Positions 1 to 12,480 are shown, counted from the stretch's first letter. The stretch is 37,226 bases of DNA from Octopus bimaculoides (GCF_001194135.2 NC_068993.1:52409030-52446255); one strand, 5' to 3'. Numbers and translations are program-made. Notes: a model not told the origin generated them from the letters alone.

Positions 1-18
1 ATATATATATATAAACAT

Positions 19-51
<33 letters not shown>

Positions 52-104
52 CATATGTATATTTATATGCATATATGTATATATATATGTGTGTGTGTGT
101 GCGT
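1..104. repeat. Compound (TA)n/(CA)n/(GT)n microsatellite
   Basis: Directly visible dinucleotide runs. Confidence 0.95.
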
Positions 105-1789
105 GTGTCATTTTGAAGGTATAACTTTTTTTATTTACATATTCTTTTTAATGTTTCTGAGGGGAACTTTAAGAATTATTTTATTCCTGGGTTGGGTTTC
201 TCCGGGGATTACATGAAAGTTTTGTAATGAGCTAGTGGTTAATTTGAATGAATTCTGTTTTGTTTTGAATTCATTACAGAGAAAGATGGGATGCTTCAAA
301 AGTCGAAGCAGAGCCATTTCAGTGCCACTAGAAGATGCTGTGATCACTGCAAGTATATTAAGCTAGAAGTTTGTTATCTCAGAGCACATGCAATACTGTT
401 TCTAAATATGTGAATCATCAGGTTTATTCAATATTTGGTTAATACTGAATTTCCCAAATAATACTAAAATCTTCAAGAAATAATATAAAATAAAGTAAAA
501 CAGTAAGATTATTTAGAAATAAAGCAATTAAATCAAATTAAATTTTAAATGAAATAAAGCAGATGTAAAATAGTGTTCAGGTGGAAAGAGTAATGTTAAT
601 ACTGTTTATAAACTTTATATAATTAATCTTTAATTCCCAATATTAATTATTTTATTAATTATTAGTCCAGCTACATATATAATTAAAGTCAATAATAAAT
701 AAAGACTTCATAACATCTATGCAGTTATCTAAAAACTAAATAGTTGCTAATGATATGACTTAGTTCAGTACTTAATTGGTGAAGTAAAATGTTTCATCAA
801 ATTTAATATCAAAGAGGTTTGGAAATTTAGAAGAACAATATTGTTGATCGTAAAAAAAGAATGTTTATTCATTGCCACATGCAATTAAAAGGTGCAACAG
901 GTTTATAAAAATATCAGATCTGTTAGGGAAAAACTTCAAAAATGTTTAGTTTGTCTAAGTGCTTTGATCATGAAAATTATGAAAACAAGTTTTAATACCA
1001 TCTCATATTTTTGATATTATAGATATTATATTGGTTTCTGATTTGTTACAAGACAACAATATTTACATTATTTAACATACATATATGGATATACATATAT
1101 ACACAGCACAACAGATGTCATTATTACTTTTTGAACATCCGTGAATCATAGACCTAAATTGTCAACCAGTTTAACACCACGACCTAGCCTTTGGATACCT
1201 TTAGCAGATTCTACTCTGTTGTAAGTAGTAGACCAAGGGTCAGGTGTCCAGCTGGGGATAACTCCTTCATTTCCCCTCTCAGATATCTTGTGGTTTAGTC
1301 ATTAAAAATAAATTGGAAATCTTACACTCTATGCTGACTTGCGTGGGTTGGTTGGTCTTAATTCTGTCATCTACGAAGTCTAAATTCTCAAATCTAACCC
1401 GACTCTTTCTCTAATTTTCCTTGGCCTTTCTCAGCTAAAGGTAAATTCAACCATTAACTGGGAACATGATTTTTTATCCATTTTCTGTCATCTATTCTTA
1501 TTCAATTCCATACTAACAGATTCATATTCTCTTCACATATATACCAATTTTTCTGATATATTACTTTCCCCAACTCATTTCTTCTCAGCCTTTTTCACAC
1601 ACACACACACACACACACACTATAGGCTGTATGGTTGTATTGAAGTCATTTTTTTTCCTTGAACCAAAGTAGATCCTCTGCATTCACCTTTCTAATTGGC
1701 ACAGAAAATACTTGTTGCAAACAAAGGCAGCATTCTTCTAATTTCCTTCATTTCCTTTTTGAACCCAAGCCAATATGCTATCACTAGTT

Positions 1790-2215
1790 CCCACTTGAGC
1801 TGAAATTAAATCACATGTAGGTTGGAAAATGTATATATTGTTTCCAGCAGAACATCTGACAAGCTCTTGGTGTTCATGTTGTTAACTTCTGCAATGCAAC
1901 TCGTGAATCTAAAATGTTGCTTTATTCTATCAGATATTTTATGCATCCTTTCACTGCCATCACAGTACATTATTCTTACCTACTTTCTTCCAGTATTCCA
2001 AACAAGAAAAACTACTTGCTTGGCACTAATGAGATTTTCTGGCAGTTTTACTACTAACTAGTATCATAGATATGATCGTGTTATCATTAAATCAAGCAAG
2101 CCTCTTCTTCCAAACTTTTGACTTTTCTGATGTCCTTCAACATATTCTTCTGATAATTAAGTTGTCTACAAACATAAATTCCATAAGTACCCACTTTTGA
2201 AGTTCCATCTGATTG
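1790..2215 (-). mobile_element. Degraded RTE-clade LINE fragment (post-RT region)
   Basis: Minus-strand translation from 1946 gives MHKISDRIKQHFRFTSCIAEVNNMNTKSLSDVLL, resembling the RTE motif KISDKIR..RLRF.GH....SDVLLW. Upstream frame-broken VDN.NY..KDIRK resembles the FKYLG region. Stops and frameshifts present. Boundaries approximate. Confidence 0.5.
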
Positions 2216-2714
2216 CCTAAATAGAAAGGTAAGAAGAAAACCATTTTAGATACCTATCTACCTGCACACACAATTTATCATCAAATTCACTGCCAAACTT
2301 GACATTATTTTTGTTTATTAATATAATATACTATAGTATAATATAACATGTGTGTGTGTTTATGTATACATACACACATACACACACACACAATGGATAC
2401 ATATTCATTAGTCCCACTCCATCCACATCTATAATTCTCTTTTCCTCACTCTTTCCATATACTCTTACAATCACTACCCACCCACATTTCTAGATCTTGT
2501 TCCCACTCGCTTCTTTTCACCTTCTTGCAATTTGAGGGTCCACTCTGACACCGAATCACTACTATTTTATCTCTCTTTTTAACCCCACCCCCAGTTTAGC
2601 CCCACTCAATCAAAGGATATGTTAGTCTTGTGAAGTACATGGCAACCTCACTAATATTGGTGCTATGGAAGAAACACCTAATTTACTCAGTGTAGTGATT
2701 AACATTAAAAAAAG

Positions 2715-2832
2715 TATTCAGCTGCAGAAACTATGCTGAAGCAGACACTGGAGCATGCTACAGTCTTGAACCTGTCAGATCCTGTGAAACCACCCAAATC
2801 TAGCCAAAATGGACATTGGACATTAAAAGACA

Positions 2833-2884
<52 letters not shown>

Positions 2885-2887
2885 CAA
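2715..2887 (+). mobile_element. RTE-type retroposon 3' tail ending in (GAT)n
   Basis: GCTGCAGAAACTATGC...GGACATTAAAAGACAATGATGATGAT is homologous to the 3' end of the RTE copy at 17545-17672. Confidence 0.7.
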
Positions 2888-3214
2888 TTATATGCATATG
2901 TACATATGTATATACATACATATATATACATACACACATATATATATATATATATAGTGTGTGATGCAAGTGTGGATATAGATATGTTTATATGTATGTA
3001 TTTATTAGTGTGTGTGTGTGTGCACATCAAGAAGTAAGAATGAACTCAGCATATGGTCAGTGGGTATTTAGCATGATAAGACTATTTGGGGGGAATAATA
3101 GGCCCCTTGTTCTTATAAGAACATCTGTTTTGGAGGAGGTTACTCTGATGTAAAACCCTTCCCTCTTCTGATCTTCCAGGAGACAGATAAACAAACAGGA
3201 AAAACAGAAAGACA

Positions 3215-3325
3215 AGGACTGGTACTTCATTTACCAACTCTGAAAGGATGATTGGCCTTGGAAGGATTTGAGCCCAGAGTAGTATGCCAGAATGATTACT
3301 GCAAAGCAATTTATTTGATTGGCTG
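3215..3325 (-). mobile_element. tRNA-derived SINE, family B, degraded
   Basis: CTGGTACTTCATTTACCAACTCTGAAAGGATGA...GATTTGAGCCCAGA matches the copies at 18280-18350 and 24238-24310. Confidence 0.7.
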
Positions 3326-3326
3326 C

Positions 3327-3370
<44 letters not shown>

Positions 3371-3374
3371 TACA

Positions 3375-3420
<46 letters not shown>

Positions 3421-3629
3421 NNNNNNNNNNNNNNNNNNNNNNNNNNNNNNNNNNNNNNNNNNNNNNNNNNNNNNNNNNNNNNNNNNNNNNNNNNNNNNNN
3501 NNNNNNNNNNNNNNNNNNNNNNNNNNNNNNNNNNNNNNNNNNNNNNNNNNNNNNNNNNNNNNNNNNNNNNNNNTATATATATATATATATATATACAAGA
3601 AAGTAATATTTCAAATGCAGTATTGCTGT

Positions 3630-3760
3630 TAAAACAGCAGAAAAATTGGGCATCATTACCCTTACAAAGCGGGAAATGTTGTCAACAAACACCCATGGGA
3701 GTCAAACCCACATCCCCCAAGACACCGGCTGAGTGCTTTACCATTAAGCTAACCTGCCTA
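3630..3760 (-). mobile_element. tRNA-derived SINE head / tRNA pseudogene
   Basis: Minus strand GGCAGGTTAGCTTAATGGTAAAGCACTCAGCCGGTGTCTTGGGGGATGTGGGTTTGACTCCCAT has A and B boxes and paired D-arm (GCTT/AAGC) and T-arm (GTGGG/CCCAT), but no acceptor stem. Confidence 0.65.
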
Positions 3761-3864
3761 CCGATTGCATTCAAAATATCACTTTCTTGTCTGTATCATT
3801 CAATACACATTCAACGTTTCTAAAAAGAAATGTAAGTTAGTTTATATACACATGTGATTGTTAC

Positions 3865-3906
<42 letters not shown>

Positions 3907-4699
3907 ATTTGTGAATGTTCATTCAACATGAGTCAGTCAGCATCATATAGCAGAATGGATTTAATAAGGATATTGACAATTCTCAGCTTAATATACTAAT
4001 ACAGAAGCAAGTATGCCTTACCTAAAAATTGTTAAGGCAAGGCATGCTCTTCCACACCTCTCTTTGATTCTCAGTTTTTGCAACATTGATGTAGCTCTTC
4101 AGCTATAATAAAATAATATAAATACTCTATTTTATGTATTGAGTTCTATTTCTCTTGTGCGTATTTTCAAACACACACACACATACACATACACACAGCT
4201 ATGGAGAGAATAAATGAATAAAAGCAGAATTATTCACTACATGTTTTAGTGCATAATTTAATTTCATCAGCTAATGCCCTAATACTGTTATTTGGAATTA
4301 TGGATTTTGTTCATATTCTCATCATCTAACAGGCAGAAACTTCCAATAATGACATGAATTGTATCAGCTAAATATATTACAATTATAGTTGTGTATATAT
4401 GAATATATCTATATTTTCATGTAGTTTATTAGTTTATACACATAGACACATACACACGTGTATATTTGATTTAAAAGCAACTTTCTGTTTAAATCTCTAT
4501 GATTATAAAGTTGTAGATAATACATAAATTATTCAATTATAAATATTGTAATAAACTTCCCCAACCATTGTTAGTATGGAAAAAGAAAATAAACTAAATG
4601 GAGAATTCTCTGATCCATTTCATACTTTAATACATCATCAATGCTGGTTCCTGGAATCACTAGGTGTTACATGCCTTGCAACACACACACTCTAATCCA

Positions 4700-5000
4700 G
4701 GTGATCCAAGATATGTTGGTCAAGTCTCAACCTGTGTCTCATTAGCATTCTGCTGACCAACAGCAGGAATTTTTTTTTAGCCAGAACCTTCAAGATACTT
4801 TCTTTTGCTATCTCCATGTTCTTCTTGATGGCTCTTCTTTTGCTCACTCTTATAATGCCTTTTGGCTCCTACTCATAGATGAGTGGGAGACAGAAGATTA
4901 TTGAGATGATCCCATGCTGATAGACCCAGGCCTTGCATATTCCTGGGGAGTCAAGATTTGTCCACAGCTAAGACAAAGCACTCCAGTTCAGCAATTTCTG
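4700..5000 (-). mobile_element. Degraded RTE LINE C-terminal fragment
   Basis: Minus strand GAGTAGGAGCCAAAAGGC...AAAAGAAGAGCCATCAAGAAGAACATGGAGA decodes with breaks to a (W)EPKG..R...RTWR-like RTE C-terminal motif. Confidence 0.35.
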
Positions 5001-5634
5001 CTTTGATGGACTCTCTGTCCTTCAATCTGTTATTGAAGACCGCTTAGGATCCTTTTACTGGTTTTACTGTAATACATAAGGTCAGGTCTGCTCCCAACTT
5101 GAAGTAGAACTAATCAGTTACTTTTCCTATCTTCAGAATCAAAAATATTAATCTAAATATAATTTCATACTTTCATTCTATTTTCCCATTTTACTTCTCT
5201 TTTTTTTATCCACCTTGTGTTTCTGATACATCAAAGGGTTGGATCATTTTTATTTGTGAACTTCTCTATTATGGAATTAAATTTATATGAAGGGGTTCTA
5301 AGAAATCATCTCCCAGAGTGTCTTGGGTGTACTTTGAGTGCATGGTCCCAACAGTAGAGAGGTCATGACAACCTCCCTAGTTCTTGTGACGACACTATAA
5401 ACCAGTATTCACTGTAAAGTCATTCGTGACAGCAAGTGCATCTAGCCATAGAACACATTTCAGAAGAGGAATATATAAGTAAGATGTGTTCCAATAACTC
5501 TGAATATAAACTAATTCAATCTGTGAGGATATGGCTAACCCATGCCCGAATGGAAAAAAATAGACATAAAAATTATGAGGAGGAGGTGAAGGATGGAATA
5601 GGGATACTGCCATTCCATTGAATAACTATAAATC

Positions 5635-5780
5635 CAGGCATGGCAGTGTGACTAAGAAGTTCTTTTACAACCTTGTGGTACCATGTTGGCTCCTACCAGG
5701 CACCTTCCTTGGTAAGTGTCAATACTTTGTACATGGAACGTGGTAGACAAAATCTTATGATATGTGTGCATGTGAGTACA
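5635..5780 (+). mobile_element. tRNA-derived SINE, family A head, degraded
   Basis: GGCATGGCAGTGTGACTAAGAAGTT...CACCTT..GGTAAGTGTC aligns with the better copy at 33393-33500. Confidence 0.6.
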
Positions 5781-6129
5781 TATCTATCACTGCCGTATAT
5801 CAGCAACCAATGTAAAGACTGATGCAAAGCAAAACATCAGTGACAATCCTTTGTCACTCTCATCAGAAATGCAACAAACCAGTAATTAATCTACTAGAAA
5901 CCTGTAAACTAATGAGGATATTTTTCCCAAATTGCAATTTCAATTTAGTAATTAAGATATTTCTATCTGTAAGTGTTTTTCTCTTATCTATATGAATGAC
6001 ATTGATCATAGCATCAAATGTTTCACATCATTATGGATAAAATATTACTGATTTACATTACAGCCAACCATCACTCTTGAGTGATTATGGCTTGGTAACA
6101 TGTACCAAGCTTTCACTAATTGTTTTAGG

Positions 6130-6362
6130 TGCCTGTGTAGTCACAAGCAGGCATAGACACACTCTTGTCTTCTTTACCCTTGATATAGCAAAACATCCAG
6201 GATGTGACAGCAGGAGGGAGAGGGAGATGCATCAGCACTCAGCACATACTCATTTACAGCTGAGTAGACTGGAGTAATGTGAAATGAAGTATCTTGCTCA
6301 AAGACATGATTCACCATCTAGTCCAGGAATTGAACTCAAACTTTCCTGATTACAAGCCAATT
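6130..6362 (-). mobile_element. tRNA-derived SINE, family C
   Basis: Reverse complement of the 28698-28910 family (TGAGCAAGATACTTCATTTCACATTACTCCAGTCTACTCAGCTGTAAATGAGT); B-box GAGTTCAATTCC. Confidence 0.7.
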
Positions 6363-7624
6363 ATAAATCATGAACTGTACAGTTTGCACTTTCAAGATAA
6401 TTATTTAACTATTTAAAAGAGAAAGTTGGTGTTCTTTCTTCAAAAGTATGTTAGAATTCAATGTTGATATGCGTTAATATCAGAATAGAAGCTTGTTGAC
6501 ATTAAATACGTCATTAAAGTCTGAATCTGAATTAGCTTTAATGCTGTTACTGCAAGTAATTTCTATTGAAAATAATTGGAGACAAAAGAAAAAGAAAGAG
6601 GGAAAATAAATTATTTCTCTAATTAATAATTATTTTAAAACTGATTTCTTCTCTCAAAAAGATGATTTGCTATTTTTGAGACAAAATCACGGTTGTTGAA
6701 AACAAATGTTAAATATAATTTTGATCTATTATCTCTGCTGAGATAATCTGTAAATCTAAAATAATTGTCATTAAAAAGAGAAAAAGAAAGAACAAAAGCA
6801 AAGAAAAAATAGTCTAAGGGAACTGGGGGTAGTCTACATTGTCAAATATTATAGAACAAAGTTGATGGAGTTGGATAAGATTTTATGTCATGACATTTCA
6901 AGATTGACCCCCTTGTCTGAGAGAAAAGAAAATCTGTAACATCATGCTCTTTTTCTCCCTTTGGCATATATACTTACCCAACCTTGTGAACTGCACTAGA
7001 GTAATTACCCACTTCAAGTGTTTACTTCTTGTCTATATACTGATCCTAACAACCTCCATTCTGTGTGTCTGGTCACTACCATCATCATTTCTATTTTTAT
7101 TTGTCCTTTGTAGTACAGTTGATTTTTTTTTTTCACTTTTATGGTGCAATCAGTGCTAAGATGGGATCCTATAACAGTATTGGCTCTTCTCTAAATTCTA
7201 AACCTTATATAACAAATCCATTACAATAGATTAAGACAATCTACTTAATTAGCCATAATCAACCAATGAAATTCTGTTTAATTTATAGTTTTTAAGACAT
7301 CATTACTGTTGGCACATACATATTTAATAATATTAATATTTGAAAAGAAAATGTTGGAAATAATATTTAAATTATTTCAAGTAAAATAATTTATAATTAT
7401 CATGATTCTGTATTTAAATTCTTTTTCCAAAACCATGTGTAAAGAACAACTAAAGAAATTGCATTTATCATTTAAAGATAAATCAGGCTTCACCATTATT
7501 CTTTTCCTTCATAAATTTAATATTTAAACAAGATAGAAAAAGATAATTAAAAGTTTATTAAAAGCAAAATGTATAAATATATATATATATATACTTTATT
7601 TAAAAGCAGCAGAAATATAACAAA

Positions 7625-7670
7625 AAAACTGTTACTCTGAGTTTCACGTTCCCGTTCATCGGACAGTTTT
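7625..7670 (-). ncRNA. Second, inverted copy of the hammerhead-like motif
   Basis: Mirror of 7704-7749 with fully Watson-Crick stem I (AAAACTGT/ACAGTTTT). Confidence 0.7.
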
Positions 7671-7703
7671 GCTAGAAATGGAGAAAGGATCTCCATTTCT
7701 AGC

Positions 7704-7749
7704 AAAACTGTCCGATGAACGGGAACGTGAAACTCAGAGTAACGGTTTT
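7704..7749 (+). ncRNA. Minimal type I hammerhead ribozyme-like motif (core CCGAUGA, U4C variant)
   Basis: AAAACTGT(stem I)-CCGATGA-ACG GGAA CGT(stem II)-GAAA-CTC A GAG(stem III)-TA-ACGGTTTT(stem I'). Predicted cleavage after GUA at 7741. Confidence 0.7.
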
Positions 7750-7850
7750 TTTGTTATATTTCTGCTGCTTTTAAATAAAGCATATTACTCTACCTCTGGT
7801 ATTTGAGTACTCTTTTTTCCACCTTGTTGCACATTTCATGTGCTTACTCC

Positions 7851-7922
<72 letters not shown>

Positions 7923-9044
7923 GAGGTAAAATTTAGAACTCAAAGGAAATTAAAACAAGAAACCAAGAAACCAACTAAAAGCATTAATAAATAAAAATTA
8001 GATGACTGAAGCGAGTAAAAGACTAAAAGACTAAAAGAATGTTATTAAGGAACATCTTGTGGTTCACGTGTATTGATTATCTCCCCTTCCTCCTTGGTGA
8101 ATAATTTGTTGGCTTTGTCTCATGTTATATCCCATGCTTCTATCTATTGTTGTGTCACAGTTGTTGGTTCTTCATCATCAATTTTTGCTGAACTTACAGT
8201 TAGCAGAGCAGCGGGCATTTGTATCTTGAACAAGTCCTTTCACTTGCTTCAGCCTGTTAACTTTAAGTTGAAAGCGTCCACCCCTCCAAAAAAAAAAAAC
8301 CCTCTGACATTTGATAGTTTGCATGAACTTATTTTCACCATCTTTTTTTCCTTCTATATCTTAACAAATTGTCTTTTCAAAGAAAGATACTCCCCACCCA
8401 CCCTCTAAGTAATTTTAAGATAAAGTCTACTTATTAATTAATTAGTCATTTAAATCTGTAATCATTATATATATTACTTTTTAATAAATAATTTACACTC
8501 TGCTTGGGAATAAAAAAAATAATTGCGAATTTTCTTACAAAAAATATTTTTTCTCATATGTGCATGTGCAACCACACACACACACATGCAAATACACGCA
8601 CACACACACAAACACTCTCTCTCTCTCTCACACCCACACAAACATAAGTATACAATTGCACAAACACACTCTAATTTTTCTTTTCTTTTCGGTTTGAACT
8701 GCTCTTTCTAAATTTCTAAATTTAGTGATAACTTTTTAACAATCTTATTTCTTCTGCTTTATTCATTCACATATGTTTTTTTATTATCTTCTTAATTGCT
8801 TAACGAATGAGATATCAACCAGAAATTTCCCTAACATTTCCCACAAATCGCAACATTTAACATCGCTCATTACTTTCTCTCTTTCCCTCTCTTTCTCACT
8901 ATCATACTCTCTCTCTCTCACTATCATACCCTTTCACTATCATTTTCTCTCTCTTTTTCTTCCCTCTCGTGCTCTCTTGTTCTTACTCTCTCACTGCATG
9001 GTCATTAAATTTTAAGTTGATTTACTCTTATATTTTTATTTTCT

Positions 9045-9073
9045 AATTATTATTATTATTATTATCATTATTA

Positions 9074-9129
<56 letters not shown>

Positions 9130-9150
9130 GTTATTATTATTATTATTATT
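9045..9150. repeat. (ATT)n microsatellite
   Basis: Direct. Confidence 0.95.
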
Positions 9151-10828
9151 TTGGTTTTATTGTGTAAAATGTTTATTATTGAGGTGTGCATGTTGAGAGA
9201 TTCACTTTTGCTGTTGCAGTTGTCGACATAGTTCCAATTAAACATTACACCACTTGGCTTTGTACCAATTTTTGTTTCATTGTTGCTTTTGGCACTAGTT
9301 TTAACTTGAATTTATTTTTTTTCTCTTTAGGAGTATATATGGAAGCATATTTTTTCTTTGTTTATAACTGTATTTTTTTTTTAACATATCACATCCTGCT
9401 AAGAAATTAAGAGGTTTTGTTTGTTTGTTTGTTTTTTTTTTTCCCCCAATTCTCTTTTCTTGTTATATTATTTAGTATTGTCTGATGCTATTCTGTCTTA
9501 CTATTTACTGTTTTCTGTATATAAATAATTAATAATCATATTTCACTGATTGAATTTAAATTATTTTGTTTTTAAATTAATTGTTGAAATATTTTAATGT
9601 TTTACTGTACATGGTTTAAACGTTCAAAGCTGTTCTTGAAGTGTAAATATATAATTATTTATCTGCAGAATTCATCGGATGCTTTGTAAACTATTTCAGT
9701 TTAAAGGCTTTAAAATTTTATTGAATGATTAGTTAATTATTTTGGGTGATTAATATTTCACATTATGATGATATTTCTCTAGGTTGTCAATATTTTAACT
9801 TTTTACATCACAACTACATCTCATTATCATAACTGCATATCATTACTATAACATAACTTTATCTCTCTAATATCTCATGGTTGTGTCTAAAAACAATGTG
9901 CTGACGTGGGTTTTGTCATGGTAGCTTCACACATAAAAGAATTGACAGGCCCATCTACTAATAGTTTCACAACTATATTTCTCTACTATGTCACTATCAC
10001 ATACACACATGTATATACATACATACATATATGTATACATACATACATATATGTATGTGTAGAAGGGAAAAAGGGGAAATAGAAAAGCTTCTGACAATAC
10101 AGAAAGTTTAACAAAACCATTATATTTCAGGCACAAAGGTCCATCCTCAGAAGAAAAACAGTCTGGGAAATGTTATACAGGTTTTGTTAACCCATTCAAT
10201 CCCTCAGCATTATGTTATCAGCAGCAGTATAACCTGTATAACTAGACATATCCCAGGCTGAAATATAAAGGTTTTGTTAAACTTTCCACATTATCAGAAG
10301 CTTTCCTATTTTCTATTTTTCCCTTCTTCAATATTACAATGCTTCAAGTGAACTACAATGCTCTCATATATATATATATATATATANNNNNNNNNNNNNN
10401 NNNNNNNNNNNNNNNNNNNNNNNNNNNNNNNNNNNNNNNNNNNNNNNNNNNNNNNNNNNNNNNNNNNNNNNNNNNNNNNNNNNNNNNNNNNNNNNNNNNN
10501 NNNNNNNNNNNNNNNNNNNNNNNNNNNNNNNNNNNNNNNNNNNNNNNNNNNNNNNNNNNNNTATATATTCATACACACACATACACTGAGGTATACAACA
10601 ACTTACATCATTTCATGTTAAGTCATGTTCAACTTTATGATGCTTTTGTAAAGCATTAATGGAAAAAATAAAACATAACTTCAATCAATGTTGACTTTAC
10701 ATTGATCTCAGCAAACATATTTAAAGGCATAAAAATTAAACCTAAACACTTAAGTAGCAATACTGAAGTGGAAAATCAAATAAAATACATTTGTAAATGT
10801 TTACAAGCATTTATTACAACAAATATAA

Positions 10829-12480
10829 CAGGGGTGGCCAAGTTTGCTCAATGTAAGAGCCACATTCGATAAAGTTCAGATGTTTGAGAGCCACAAGACA
10901 TGAACAAAATTTACACATATGTTTTTGTTACTTACGCATTTTGTAACAAAAATTCTACATAAATATTAAGAAATGCATGTATGCAATAATATTATTCATG
11001 TATGCAGTTTTTTAAACTGTTAATTTATATTGATTTCAGTAATCACAAAATACACTTATATATACCAAATGTTTTCAAAATCTTGACTGATGATTGTTTT
11101 AACTATATTGAGCATATTTAACACAGTAATGAACTACAGGAACTTCTAAGGAAAATGTACAAATTTGCATTTCAGTAACATAAAATTAGACTGTCAAAAA
11201 TAACACTAAAAAGGAAAAAAATTATATTTTTAATAATATTTATTTGTCTTAGTAAATATCTGGTCAAAACATGGAGGAAAATATGTAAAAAAAAAAAAAA
11301 GTAAACCAATAAAATTTGAGATATTTTAATCAGATACCACCTTACAAACTTACAGTTTTATAATATTTTTATGACAAATAGACAATGCTGCAAATATCAG
11401 GCCATTAAAGCCACTATTTTCTGCTAGTAGAGGTCTTGTGGATCTCCATCTTGGCTGTGAGTTGTTGAAAATCTGGCTGATATGTTGTCAAGACTGCATG
11501 CATTAGTTCCATCAGGTGTTGGTTTGTAAGGATTGCACGATGCTTCAACTTCATAAACTTCATTACAGTGTACAGTGACTCACAGCAGTATGTTTTACTA
11601 AAAATTGAAATGAGTCATGCACTAGTTGTCTTCAGTTTAGGATATTTTATTTCTGGAATTTGTTTCCCGAACTCAGTTATAGACTGGGATTTATGGATCA
11701 TCTTTAGACCCAGGTCCACCTGTAATTCCATTAGTTCCATTTCCACAGCAGATGATTCCGTAACATCCATCATTGACCACATCCACCATAAATGGATTTA
11801 CAAAAAAGGTGAAGCAGGGCTTCAGATTCTGCAAGTCATCAAACCTGGCTAGGAAATTATCAAGCAGTCCTTGTAATTTATCTTTGTATTCTTCCAGCTT
11901 GTGGTCTTTTATTTCAATATCAGGGAATGTATTTACTCTCCTACTGAGATTGGGAAAGTGACTGAAGTTTCTTGACAATATGTCTCTTTGAAAAACTCTT
12001 ATTTTATTCTGAAAGCTGAAAATTGTCTGAGTAAGATCAGAAACAATCTTATTCTTCCCCTGGAGCGCCAAGTTGAGAGTTTGTAGATGATTCATTATAT
12101 CAGTAAGGAACATCAGATCTTGCATCCATTCATCATTTTCCAGTTGTGGATAGGATCTTTTCATTTCTTTAAGAAAAGTAATAATAGGCTCCAACAGATT
12201 AACAAACCTACTCATGACATTGCTGGTTGACAACCACCTCACAATGCAGTGGAAAGAGACATCGCTGAGTTTATCGTCAAGCTCCAGTTTGTCAATAAAA
12301 TTTCTGAACTGTTCGTCTGTCTTCCCATTTAAGCATATGAAATTGACAATTTCAAGGACAGATTTCATAACATCTTCATACTTGAAGAATCTGGCTACCA
12401 AATGTTCACAATGAATAATGCAATGAACAGAGAGACCAACTAGGTCTGCACAGGTCAATGTCTGGTGTTTCACTGCATTA
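10829..12480 (-). mobile_element. 5'-truncated hAT DNA transposon (Buster/Charlie/SPIN-like)
   Basis: Terminus CAGGGGTGGCCAAG at 10829, preceded by the 8-mer AAATATAA (central TA). Subterminal AGAGCCAC occurs twice. Transposase remnant on the minus strand. Opposite TIR not found. Confidence 0.85.
11414..12470 (-). pseudogene. hAT transposase pseudogene, C-terminal part (GTF2IRD2/SPIN-like)
   Basis: HCIIHCEHL, VRWLS and FLTDIMNHLQTLNLALQG motifs in ORF 11691-12554. After a frameshift near 11760 the other frame reads TESSAVEMELMELQ...EFGKQIPEIKYPKL...*LISIFSKTYCCESLYTVMK...LTTYQPDFQQL...RK*, a hAT dimerisation domain with an internal stop. Confidence 0.9.

Larger units (their letters stand above)
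7594..7780. repeat. Inverted repeat with 91-bp arms (7594-7684 / 7690-7780), 5-nt loop, 1 mismatch
   Basis: Checked base by base; the only mismatch is T7630/G7744. Confidence 0.97.
7594..7853 (+). mobile_element. Probable Penelope-like element pseudo-LTR remnant with inverted partial copy, in a (TA)n tract
   Basis: Hammerhead-bearing terminal repeat in inverted arrangement, flanked by TA runs on both sides. PLE pseudo-LTRs are known to carry minimal type I hammerheads. No ORF seen. Confidence 0.55.

Noticed and set aside
1815-1908. Candidate minus-strand exon FTSCIAEVNNMNTKSLSDVLLETIYTFSNLH
   Set aside because: Better explained as part of a degraded RTE LINE.
3692-3758. Functional tRNA gene
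   Set aside because: No acceptor stem and a mutated T-loop (TTTGACT).
8040-8290. Coding-like minus-strand stretch (MPAALLTVSSAKIDDEEPTT...)
   Set aside because: Multiple stops and no recognisable family.
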